34,531 bases of DNA, from assembly GCA_003818595.1 (NCBI GenBank), contig RPQV01000004.1, forward strand, positions 1 to 34,531, given 5' to 3'. A program made the position numbers and the translations under genes. The stretch comes from Calditrichota bacterium (GTDB lineage: Bacteria > Zhuqueibacterota > Zhuqueibacteria > Residuimicrobiales > Krinioviventaceae). The notes under the pieces were generated by a model. It had not been told where the DNA came from, did no database searches, and worked only from the letters and a program-made list of their open reading frames with translations. Positions 1 to 8,607 of the stretch are shown here, one piece after another (positions within the stretch are counted from its first letter, which is position 1; the number at the start of each line of letters is the position of its first letter).

Positions 1-128
1 AGGTCACCTACGCGTTACTCACCCGTCCGCCAGTATACTCGTTCCCCGAAAGAAACTTTCCCCTTGACTTGCATGTGTTAAGCACGCCGCCAGCGTTCGT
101 CCTGAGCCAGGATCAAACTCTTCGTTGT
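1..128 (-). rRNA. rrs: 16S rRNA gene, 5' end (truncated by the window edge)
   Basis: 102-121 is the reverse complement of the universal 27F site AGAGTTTGATCCTGGCTCAG. It is followed on the minus strand by GACGAACGCTGGCGGCGTGCTTAACACATGCAAGTC and GGCGGACGGGTGAGTAACGCGTAGGT. The 5' end is estimated from the 27F position. Confidence 0.98.
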
Positions 129-198
129 CCTATTTATCATCATTTTTTTTATTGACTCGTTAAACCCTTTAAAAAAGATTCAACAGGGCCATGCACGC

Positions 199-210
199 TT
201 GTCAAAGAAC
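199..210 (-). promoter_or_regulatory. rRNA leader boxA antitermination element
   Basis: Minus-strand GTTCTTTGACAA between the rRNA promoter and the 16S 5' end, resembling boxA (TGCTCTTTAACA). Confidence 0.75.
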
Positions 211-260
211 TTTTCCGCTCCACTTCCCCATTCAAAAAAACCTGAGAAGCAAAGCCTTAA

Positions 261-289
261 AAGATAACTATTTTATTACTTATTGTCAA
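261..289 (-). promoter_or_regulatory. sigma70-type rRNA operon promoter
   Basis: Minus strand TTGACA-N17-TATCTT with an AT-rich, UP-like upstream tract. Confidence 0.8.
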
Positions 290-362
290 GAGAATTTTGT
301 AAAAATTTGATTAAAAAATGACAAATCTCACTCAATCCGATGAGAAAATCATTACTCATCCA

Positions 363-977
363 TTAATTTTCCGACATCACGCCGGCTTTGATCAGATAGG
401 TTATCACCTTATCAACACTTTCCTGCAGAGACAACTCGCTGGTGTCAACAATCAATTCCGGATTTTCCGGCTCTTCATAGGGTGCAGAAATTCCGGTAAA
501 TTCCTTGATTTCTCCAGCCCGTGCTTTTTTATACAATCCTTTGGGATCCCGCTGTTCAGCCACGCTCACAGGAATCTTGACATAAATTTCAATAAATTCA
601 CCGGAAGGCATCAAATCACGCGCCTTTTGCCGGTCGGATCGATAAGGCGAAATAAATGCCGTCATGACGACCACACCGACATCCGCAAACAGCTTGGCAA
701 CCTCGCCGATTCGTCGGATATTCTCTTCCCGATCTTCAGGGGAAAATCCGAGATTTTTATTCAAACCGTGACGAATATTATCACCATCAAGAACATAACA
801 TAAATTTCCGTTTTCAAACAATCGTTTTTCAACAGCATGCGCCAAGGTCGATTTCCCTGATGCAGACAAGCCCGTAAACCAAAGCACAACACCCCGCTGG
901 CCGAGAAATTTCTCCCGATCCAGTTTAGTGATGTCACCTTCATGCCAGGTAATATTGGTTGCTTTTTGTTCAGCCAT
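363..977 (-). CDS. cysC: Adenylyl-sulfate (APS) kinase
   Basis: [18 protein letters not shown]-loop, [37 protein letters not shown] motifs. Confidence 0.97.
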   Translation of the reverse strand: MAEQKATNITWHEGDITKLDREKFLGQRGVVLWFTGLSASGKSTLAHAVEKRLFENGNLCYVLDGDNIRHGLNKNLGFSPEDREENIRRIGEVAKLFADVGVVVMTAFISPYRSDRQKARDLMPSGEFIEIYVKIPVSVAEQRDPKGLYKKARAGEIKEFTGISAPYEEPENPELIVDTSELSLQESVDKVITYLIKAGVMSEN

Positions 978-996
978 GTTTCACTCCGCCCTGTAT

Positions 997-2169
997 TTAT
1001 CCTAAAGTTTTATAATATTTCATGAGTATTTCACTGATTTCCGGTCGACTGAATTCACGCGGCAAAAGCTCTCCGCCCGCCAACATTTCGCGCATTTTCG
1101 TGCCGCTGATCAGTACGCGGTCTTCTTTTCCGTGAGGACACGTCTTCATTGACGCCATACCCTCGCACTTATGGCACCAGAACGTCCAGTCGATATTCAA
1201 CGGCTTGATCTTAAGATCATGTTCATCAATATCCAAAAATATTTTCTGAGCGTCAAACGGGCCATAATAATTTCCAACTCCGGCATGATCTCGACCGATA
1301 ATGAGATGAGTACAGCCGTAATTCTGCCGAAAAACAGCATGCAGAACCGCCTCGCGCGGGCCACCGTATCGCATCTCCATCGGATAAACTTTCAGCACCA
1401 CTCGATCCTTTGGATAATAATGATCAATCAGCACTTCATAGCACTGCATGCGAACATCCGCTGGAATATCATCAGATTTGAGTTTTCCAACCAGAGGATG
1501 AATCAGCAATCCGTCGCAAACTTCGAGCGCAATTTTTGTGCAATACTCATGCGACCGGTGAATCGGGTTGCGTGTCTGGAAGGCAGCAACTGTAGACCAC
1601 CCAAACTGTTCGAATATTGATCGTGTTTCTGCCGGCCTTCCATAGTAATTGCCGTAGAGTTCAGGATAAGGTGCTTCAGAAAAAACTTTTACCGCTCCGC
1701 CAAGGAGCATTTCCTGCTGGGCATACAACTTGGCAACGCCGGGATGTGCCTCATCTTCTGTTCGAAAAACCTGACGCGCCTCCTCTTTCTTATCATATGA
1801 AAATATATCCTCAACGATCATGCTGCCGACAAGTTCATCAGACTCATCATCGATCAATGCCACTTGACAACCGATTTTCAACGAATCAGCCTGCGCTTTG
1901 GATACCGAAAGCGTGATTGGAATGGGCCAAAGCGTTCCATCAGTCATATGCATGTCTTTGACGACTCGATTATAGTCGTCGCGTTTCATGAAACCATTCA
2001 GAGGGCTAAAGGCGCCGACTGCCAGCATCAACAGGTCGCTCGTTTCGCGAGAGGTGAGCCGCACCTGAGGAAAATTCTTTGCCTCAGCCATTGCATTTGA
2101 TCGTGCTTCTCCATGCAGCAGAAGAGGTTTAAGGGTACCACCATGTGGTGCAATCAATTTAGAAGCCAT
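997..2169 (-). CDS. sat: Sulfate adenylyltransferase (ATP sulfurylase, Sat type)
   Basis: [56 protein letters not shown]. Start reassigned to ATG 2169 because GGAG lies 6 nt upstream. Confidence 0.96.
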   Translation of the reverse strand: MASKLIAPHGGTLKPLLLHGEARSNAMAEAKNFPQVRLTSRETSDLLMLAVGAFSPLNGFMKRDDYNRVVKDMHMTDGTLWPIPITLSVSKAQADSLKIGCQVALIDDESDELVGSMIVEDIFSYDKKEEARQVFRTEDEAHPGVAKLYAQQEMLLGGAVKVFSEAPYPELYGNYYGRPAETRSIFEQFGWSTVAAFQTRNPIHRSHEYCTKIALEVCDGLLIHPLVGKLKSDDIPADVRMQCYEVLIDHYYPKDRVVLKVYPMEMRYGGPREAVLHAVFRQNYGCTHLIIGRDHAGVGNYYGPFDAQKIFLDIDEHDLKIKPLNIDWTFWCHKCEGMASMKTCPHGKEDRVLISGTKMREMLAGGELLPREFSRPEISEILMKYYKTLG

Positions 2170-2461
2170 ACACATCTCCGTATTTATTATTAAATTTATA
2201 TGATTGCTGAATTGATTCTTGAGAATGAGTATAACGGAAAAAAAGGGCAAGATTATTTCACCCATATCTCAGACGTCTGAAAAGTACGATAAAATTTACC
2301 AAGTGGCGAAAAAAGATGGAAAATCTCCAAACAGCATCGATCGGCAGGAAAAGAGGGGGATGAAAACATTGTATGGACAACACAAGTAATTATAGGGGAT
2401 TTGGATAAACATTGACAAGCTCAGCGGATTTGATTGTCCCATCATCCATCGATGACACAAG

Positions 2462-3058
2462 CTAGACGATGGTGATTTCACCGAATACGATTGAACAAAC
2501 GAGTTTCAATTTGGCTTCGGCCGCCTGATAGTGATCGCTCGTCCAATCGACTCGTCGACTGATTCCTTCCCAGCGCTGGTGAAATAATTCCACATCCCCC
2601 GCAAGATTCTTGGCGACGACCCGCATAGGCAGATCATGGGGAATCCTCACTTTGATCTCTCCGAAAGTGACGTCAAGATTCAGCACATGTTCGCCCGGCG
2701 TCAAACGCAAATGTGAAGCATCGATATCAAGCTTCCCAAACATTGTTCGATACTGTCGGCTTTTAAAATCCGCTTGTTCAAGGGAAATCTTCAGATCCCC
2801 AAATATACTGTCTCCGACAACAAAATAATCCCCCGATGGGAATTCCTTGACTCCTCGGTTGTTTTTTGAAAATATAGACGTTCGGTTGCCATGAAAAATG
2901 ATCAAAATTCCCAAGGCAATAAAAACAAAGGCGATAAGATTATCAAAAATTATCTGATAATCAAAAATACCCAGACTTTTAAGCAGAAACAAAAGACCCA
3001 GTATAATAAGAACAATGCCTGCGCTGAACCTGCCATTTCCCATTTGCCTTGTACTCAT
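2462..3058 (-). CDS. LiaF-like cell-envelope stress membrane protein (N-terminal TM helices plus C-terminal DUF2154-like beta domain)
   Basis: Two hydrophobic helices (GIVLIILGLLFLL..., LIAFVFIALGILIIF) followed by repeated FG-x-L/I-x-I motifs (IFGDLKI, MFGKLDID, TFGEIKV, VFGEITI). Start at ATG 3058 with AAGGAG upstream. Confidence 0.8.
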   Translation of the reverse strand: MSTRQMGNGRFSAGIVLIILGLLFLLKSLGIFDYQIIFDNLIAFVFIALGILIIFHGNRTSIFSKNNRGVKEFPSGDYFVVGDSIFGDLKISLEQADFKSRQYRTMFGKLDIDASHLRLTPGEHVLNLDVTFGEIKVRIPHDLPMRVVAKNLAGDVELFHQRWEGISRRVDWTSDHYQAAEAKLKLVCSIVFGEITIV

Positions 3059-3102
3059 TCTTCGTATCTCCTTGTACATGTTGCAGCTATGTTCTGTTCT
3101 GC

Positions 3103-3129
3103 TTACGACAAAATCCAAATAAAGTTGCG
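3103..3129 (-). promoter_or_regulatory. Candidate ECF-sigma promoter for the liaF-like gene
   Basis: Minus strand CGCAAC-N16-CGTAA, matching the ECF AAC...CGT pattern. Confidence 0.6.
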
Positions 3130-3130
3130 A

Positions 3131-4066
3131 TTATTTTCCGGGATATTTTCTGCCTTCAAATTCAGCAATGAATTTTTCAGCTTCGATTGCCGCCTGACAG
3201 CCGCTGCCGGCAGCGGTGATGGCTTGGCGGTAAATGGAATCCTGAACATCTCCACATGCGAACACACCCTGCAGATTTGTATGCGTTCGTCGGTCAGTTC
3301 TGATATAATTCTGTTCGTCGAGATCAAGCTGATTCTTGACCAGAGAAACGTTGGGTGAATGACCAATAAAAATAAAAACACCGTCCACCTTATAGTCGAA
3401 TTCATGATGATCTTTCACATTTTTCAATTTCAGAGTATGAACCGAATTGTCGCCGGCGATTTCGGAGACAACTGTATCCATAATGAATACGACCTTTTCA
3501 TTTTTTTGAGCCCGTTCCTGCAATATGGCGTCGGCTCGCAATTTATCCCGGCGATGGATGATGGTCACTTTATCAGCATATCTCGTCAGAAAAAGCCCTT
3601 CATCAAGAGCACTATTCCCGCCTCCGATCACTGCGACATGTTTGCCGTTGAAGAAAAAGCCATCGCAGGTCGCACAATAAGAGACTCCTTTTCCTATAAA
3701 AGCGTCTTCACCAGGTATACCTAATCGATTTGGATTTGAACCGGTCGCAATGATGACTGATTTTGCCTGATAAATCTGTTCAGCCGTTTTGACAACTTTG
3801 ATCTCCGCCTTCAAATCGACCTCGGTCACAACATCGTACACCAACTCGGCGCCAAATTTAACCGCCTGCTTTTCAAACAGGTCGTAAATCTCAAATCCGC
3901 CAATTCCGTCGGGAAAGCCTGGAAAGTTTTCTAAATCATTGGTGAGTGTCACCTGGCCGCCACGCTCCATGCCCGAAATCACCAAAGGTTTTAGGTTCGC
4001 TCGAGCGGCATAAATAGCAGCTGTCAAACCTGCAGGACCTGACCCAATAATGATGACGTTATACAT
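3131..4066 (-). CDS. trxB: Thioredoxin-disulfide reductase
   Basis: IIGSGPAGLTAAIY, GVSYCATCDG, IGGGNSA, IHRR, GVFACGDV, YRQAITAAG. Confidence 0.97.
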   Translation of the reverse strand: MYNVIIIGSGPAGLTAAIYAARANLKPLVISGMERGGQVTLTNDLENFPGFPDGIGGFEIYDLFEKQAVKFGAELVYDVVTEVDLKAEIKVVKTAEQIYQAKSVIIATGSNPNRLGIPGEDAFIGKGVSYCATCDGFFFNGKHVAVIGGGNSALDEGLFLTRYADKVTIIHRRDKLRADAILQERAQKNEKVVFIMDTVVSEIAGDNSVHTLKLKNVKDHHEFDYKVDGVFIFIGHSPNVSLVKNQLDLDEQNYIRTDRRTHTNLQGVFACGDVQDSIYRQAITAAGSGCQAAIEAEKFIAEFEGRKYPGK

Positions 4067-4250
4067 CTATAGCTCCTATTACTTAATAATGATCGACTTG
4101 AATTAGATGGAGCGGGAATGACAAAGATTCATCCTGCCCCGGTCAAACACCAAAAAATATATTACAGTGTGTCAAAGGCCGATGCGTCTCAACTGTCCAT
4201 TTGAACCTGATTATTCGCCGTGTCTGATGCCGTTTTTCTGAGCCAGAAGT

Positions 4251-4814
4251 CTATTTGATCAAACTGGAAACATATTTAAAATCAGACGTTCCAGAAATTT
4301 CCACCCATTCGAAAAGAACTGATTCCAATGATGTGATGACGACCCCCTGCTGTTTCATACGTTCCAAGGCCACATCTCGGTTACAGGATTGCCTCGAACC
4401 TGTCGCATCCGCAACGAGATGAACCTCAAAACCAAAATGCAATAAATCTAATGCGGACTGCAAAATGCATACATGAGTTTCAATTCCGGTCAATACAATC
4501 TGCCTGATCTTTTTATCCGCAAGAGATTTCATCAAAGGCTGTTCACCGCAAATTGAAAATCGCATTTTTTCAAACGCAGGAATACTGCTGAATTCCTGCT
4601 GTATAATAGTCGCTGTACGACCGAGACCATGAGGATATTGTTCAGTGTAGCAGCTAAAAATTTCCAATTGTCGGCACGCTTTCAGCAGTTTGACAATATT
4701 AGTGGATATGGCAGTGAAATCTGGAATGACATGTTCAAACCTTTCCTGCATATCAATGACGATGAACGCCGATTGGTCTCGTTGAAGAAGATTTTGATGA
4801 CGCTGCAAATTCAT
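4251..4814 (-). CDS. Isochorismatase-family cysteine hydrolase (YcaC/ISOC-like)
   Basis: IVIDMQE, TEQYPHGLG, FEKMRFS, GIETHVCI (Asp-Lys-Cys triad). Overlaps the greA stop codon (ATGA). Confidence 0.9.
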   Translation of the reverse strand: MNLQRHQNLLQRDQSAFIVIDMQERFEHVIPDFTAISTNIVKLLKACRQLEIFSCYTEQYPHGLGRTATIIQQEFSSIPAFEKMRFSICGEQPLMKSLADKKIRQIVLTGIETHVCILQSALDLLHFGFEVHLVADATGSRQSCNRDVALERMKQQGVVITSLESVLFEWVEISGTSDFKYVSSLIK

Positions 4815-5281
4815 TGAATTGAAATCACCTTGTATTGGATGTGGCCAGCCGGCACTTTAATTTCAACAATATCATCGACCTGCTTTCCCACCAACGCCTT
4901 TCCAACAGGCGAATCGATGGAAACGGCGTCCAAATCTGTGGGATTAAATTCAGCAGAAGGGACGATTTCATAGACAATCTCTTCCTTGAATCGCGTATCA
5001 AACAGCGTTACTTTGCTTCCGACGCGAACCACTTGGTGGACCATCATCTCATCCGTCATCACTCTCGACCGCGAAAGAGTTTCCTCTAAACGGGCGATCT
5101 TTCCTTCTATGAGCGCCTGTTTTTCCTTAGCAGCAGCATATTCAGCATTTTCTCGTAAATCACCATGTTCACGAGCCGTTGCAACATCTTTAATAGCCTG
5201 TTTGCGCTCCACAGTCTTGAGATATTTCAACTCTTCCGTCAGCCTGTTTAATTGCTCCTGCGTCAAATACATTGCTTTCAT
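4811..5281 (-). CDS. greA: Transcription elongation factor GreA
   Basis: AREHGDLRENAEYAAAK, SIDSPVGKAL, VPAG. Confidence 0.96.
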   Translation of the reverse strand: MKAMYLTQEQLNRLTEELKYLKTVERKQAIKDVATAREHGDLRENAEYAAAKEKQALIEGKIARLEETLSRSRVMTDEMMVHQVVRVGSKVTLFDTRFKEEIVYEIVPSAEFNPTDLDAVSIDSPVGKALVGKQVDDIVEIKVPAGHIQYKVISIQ

Positions 5282-5385
5282 CAGTGCACCTCAAATATCG
5301 CGTCTGCTCAATGATCTTGAAATAAAACCAACGATTTTCCGAAGGAAGGAGCGTCAATCAACGCACTTTGTTCTTCCATCAGCAT

Positions 5386-5428
5386 AAAAAAAACAAACCG
5401 AATCGAAGTTGGGCTCCGGTTCGGTTTG
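5386..5428 (-). terminator. Intrinsic terminator in the greA leader (candidate attenuator)
   Basis: Minus strand CAAACCGAACCGGAG-CCCAA-CTTCGATTCGGTTTG hairpin followed by T8, located between a promoter and greA. Confidence 0.75.
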
Positions 5429-5436
5429 TACACAGC

Positions 5437-5465
5437 AAGCTACTAAAAATTGGCTTTTATGTCAA
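5437..5465 (-). promoter_or_regulatory. sigma70-type promoter for the greA operon
   Basis: Minus strand TTGACA-N17-TAGCTT. Confidence 0.7.
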
Positions 5466-5615
5466 GCGAAAATCTTGTGATTCCAGTCGAAATACCAATT
5501 AAAAAGTCATCAGATGTCACAAAGATTAAAATTGATTGATTATCCTCTCAAAACCTCTTATTTTAAGCGTTGAGCGTAATGATTCCATTTTGGTTCTGAA
5601 CATAGGAGAAAAGTC

Positions 5616-6860
5616 ATGGCAAATATACGTCCATTCACAGGATTAAGGCCCAACCCGGCATTAGCTGACAAAGTGGCCGCCCTTCCGTACGATGTCATTG
5701 ATTCAGAGGAAGCGCGGGAACTTGCAAAAGACAATCCTTATTCCTTTTGGCACATCACCAAACCGGAAATTGATTTGCCCGTCGGTACTGATATACACTC
5801 AGCAGAAGTGTATAAAAAGGGGGCAGAAAATCTTCGCGCCTTTCGCCGTGAACACATTCTCCTCAAAGATAGTGAATCCTGTTTTTATTTATATCAACAG
5901 ATCATGGGAGATCATACACAGACCGGATTTGTTGCCTGTGCTTCAGTAGATGAATATATAAATGGCTTCATTAAAAAGCATGAACACACAAGACCCGATA
6001 AAGTTCAGGACCGCGTCGACTTGATGAAGGAATTAGATGCGCAGACCGGACCGGTTTTTCTTGCCTACCGGCAAACAAATGCCATGGCAGAACTTTTGGA
6101 GATGCTCCTGGATAAAAGCAAACTGGAGAATGATTTTGTCAGCTATTATCAGGTCAGACATCGCTTTTTCAGAATTGATTATGCACCTTTCAATCAAATG
6201 GTACGAGACGCTTTCACCAATATACCGGCATTATATATCGCAGATGGACACCATCGATCTGAGAGCGCAGCCGTGCTTAGCCAGGAAATGCGACGGAAAT
6301 CGCCTGATTATAGCGGCAACGAGGAATACCATTATTTCCTGACGGTAATATTCCCACACTCAGAACTCAAAATTCTGCCCTATAACCGAGTCGTCAAAGA
6401 TCTCAACGGACTTTCGGAACAAGAGTTCCTTCACCGTCTGGCGGTGCATTTTTCTATAGAACCCATAAAAAGTTCGAATATCGAGATCAAATCCCCGCAA
6501 CAATTTGGCCTGTACCTTGGCCATTCGTGGTATTTGCTAAAATTAAGAGCCGATCAAATTCTTCCCCAAGATGCCATCAATCGACTAGATGTCTCCGTGC
6601 TCCAAAATTTGGTTCTGGCACCCATACTGGGAATCGATAATCCGCGAACAGACAAACGAATTCATTTTATTGGCGGCATTCGTGGTAACGAAGAGCTGGT
6701 CCGTTTGGTCGATCAAGGTACTTTTGCGGCTGCCTTTGCCATGTTTCCCACATCAATGGAACAGGTGATGGCTGTCGCTGACACCAGTGAAGTGATGCCC
6801 CCAAAATCGACTTGGTTCGAACCCAAACTGCTGAGCGGATTGGTCACGCATCTTTTTTGA
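5616..6860 (+). CDS. DUF1015 family protein (ParB/Srx-like fold, function unknown)
   Basis: ALPYDVI, IKKHEHT, YIADGHHR, MPPKSTWFEPKLLSGL. AGGAG RBS. Confidence 0.9.
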   Translation: MANIRPFTGLRPNPALADKVAALPYDVIDSEEARELAKDNPYSFWHITKPEIDLPVGTDIHSAEVYKKGAENLRAFRREHILLKDSESCFYLYQQIMGDHTQTGFVACASVDEYINGFIKKHEHTRPDKVQDRVDLMKELDAQTGPVFLAYRQTNAMAELLEMLLDKSKLENDFVSYYQVRHRFFRIDYAPFNQMVRDAFTNIPALYIADGHHRSESAAVLSQEMRRKSPDYSGNEEYHYFLTVIFPHSELKILPYNRVVKDLNGLSEQEFLHRLAVHFSIEPIKSSNIEIKSPQQFGLYLGHSWYLLKLRADQILPQDAINRLDVSVLQNLVLAPILGIDNPRTDKRIHFIGGIRGNEELVRLVDQGTFAAAFAMFPTSMEQVMAVADTSEVMPPKSTWFEPKLLSGLVTHLF

Positions 6861-7035
6861 TGGGATTCGGCGGACATGATTTAGCCCTCGACTCTCGAAC
6901 GTGGGAATATTCTCCCCATTCGCCGATACAATTATAGACTGAAAATCAAAAATATTTCATTTTTATGTTTTATTTGAGACTCCTTTTTTTTATGTTCAAT
7001 AATGAGTCAAATTCATTTTTGGAAAAGGAGAAGGG

Positions 7036-8607
7036 ATGGAGTATGACTATGTGGTTATAGGCTCAGGATTTGGCGGCAGCGTCTCGGCCTTGCGGCTTGC
7101 CGAAAAGGGTTATTCGGTCTGCGTTCTTGAGTGCGGCAAACGATGGCAGGACGAAGAATATGCAAAAACAAACTGGCAGATTTGGAAATGGCTGTGGTTG
7201 CCCAGACTCAATTTCAAAGGAATACAGCGGTTAACGTTTTTAAAAAATGCTTTGTTATTGACCGGATCAGGCGTCGGCGGCGGCAGCCTGGTTTATTGTG
7301 CAGTTCTGCTCGAACCGCCTTCTTCTTTTTTTGATGACCCTCAATGGCATGAATTGGACGATAATTGGCGAGAAACCTTGACGCCCTTCTTCAATATCGC
7401 CAAAAATATGCTTGGCGTCGCTCCGAATCCAAAACTTTGGCCCAGTGATCATCTGCTTTATGAATATGCCAAGGAAATCGGCCGCGTTTCATCATTCCGA
7501 GAAACTCAAGTAGGCATTTATTTTGGCGATCCCGATATTAAATCTTCAGATCCCTATTTTGCCGGTAATGGGCCTGCGCGTCAAGGCTGTGATCATAGCG
7601 GTCGCTGCATGATCGGATGTCGACAGGGCGGTAAAAATTCTCTTGATCGCAATTATCTCTATCTCGCTGAAAAAAGTGGTGCGTCTATTTTCGCGGAAAA
7701 GCTGGTGACCGCGATAAAACCACTTCAAAACGGCGGCTATGAGATTACTTTTAGAGAATCCACCGGCTTATTCATGAAGCCGCAAAACTCGATTACAGCA
7801 AAAGGAGTCGTTATTGCCGCGGGTGCTTTGGGTACCAACCGCCTTCTATTGCAGTGCAAAGAAAAAGGGTATCTGGCAAATCTTTCCGATCAATTAGGGT
7901 GCACGGTACGCACCAACAGCGAGGTTTTAGTCGGCGCCAAATCATCGCATAAATCAGCAGATTATTCTAAAGGCATCGCCATCACGTCCAGCCTTTTTGT
8001 CAATGAACATACGCATATCGAGCCGGTTCGTTATCCGGAAAAATCTGATATGATGTTTTGGCTGGCCACTTTGATGACAGACGGAGGCAATCGTCTGACG
8101 AGACCGTTCAAGTTTTTGGGAAATATTATCAGACAACCCCGGCAATTTTTAAGGGGAATCAATCCCTTTGGCTGGGCGAAAAGAACAATCATCTTTTTGG
8201 TCATGCAGAATATTGACAATCGTCTGGCTTTAACACGGAAACGAAAGTGGTATTGGCCTTTTTATCGAACGCTTTCCTCGGTCCGCCATTCCAGTACACT
8301 GCCTACTTTTATACCCGAGGCGAATGCAGCTGCAAGAGCTATAGCGGCCAAAATGAACGGCACGCCCATCAGTTCGATTACCGAGGTTTTGCTCAACATG
8401 CCGCTCTCAGCGCATATATTGGGTGGTTGCATCATCGGTAAAGACCGTGAACATGGCGTTGTCGACAAATACCTGCGCGCGTTTGGTTATGATAATTTTT
8501 ACATTATCGATGGCTCGGTCATACCGGCAAATCTGGGTGTGAATCCCAGCCTGACGATCACGGCTCTAGCAGAATTTGCCATGAGCCATTTCACGGAGAA
8601 ACAGTAA
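7036..8607 (+). CDS. GMC-family FAD oxidoreductase, cholesterol-oxidase (ChoD)-like
   Basis: VIGSGFGGSVSALRLAEKGY, GSGVGGGSLVY, CMIGC, KNSLDRNYL, AHILGGC, LGVNPSLTITALAE. AAGGAG RBS. Confidence 0.9.
   Translation: MEYDYVVIGSGFGGSVSALRLAEKGYSVCVLECGKRWQDEEYAKTNWQIWKWLWLPRLNFKGIQRLTFLKNALLLTGSGVGGGSLVYCAVLLEPPSSFFDDPQWHELDDNWRETLTPFFNIAKNMLGVAPNPKLWPSDHLLYEYAKEIGRVSSFRETQVGIYFGDPDIKSSDPYFAGNGPARQGCDHSGRCMIGCRQGGKNSLDRNYLYLAEKSGASIFAEKLVTAIKPLQNGGYEITFRESTGLFMKPQNSITAKGVVIAAGALGTNRLLLQCKEKGYLANLSDQLGCTVRTNSEVLVGAKSSHKSADYSKGIAITSSLFVNEHTHIEPVRYPEKSDMMFWLATLMTDGGNRLTRPFKFLGNIIRQPRQFLRGINPFGWAKRTIIFLVMQNIDNRLALTRKRKWYWPFYRTLSSVRHSSTLPTFIPEANAAARAIAAKMNGTPISSITEVLLNMPLSAHILGGCIIGKDREHGVVDKYLRAFGYDNFYIIDGSVIPANLGVNPSLTITALAEFAMSHFTEKQ

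Noticed and set aside
318-803. 161-aa + strand ORF and the many other short antisense or alternate-frame ORFs in the track
   Set aside because: They are shadows of well-supported genes, with no recognisable motifs or RBS.
2170-2265. N-terminal extension of Sat in the ORF track
   Set aside because: AT-rich intergenic-like sequence. Homology and the RBS support ATG 2169.
2296-2481. 61-aa minus-strand ORF between the liaF-like gene and sat
   Set aside because: No RBS or motif, and it overlaps the end of the upstream gene.
4108-4141. Imperfect hairpin upstream of trxB
   Set aside because: It has mismatches, no U-tract and no recognisable riboswitch motif.
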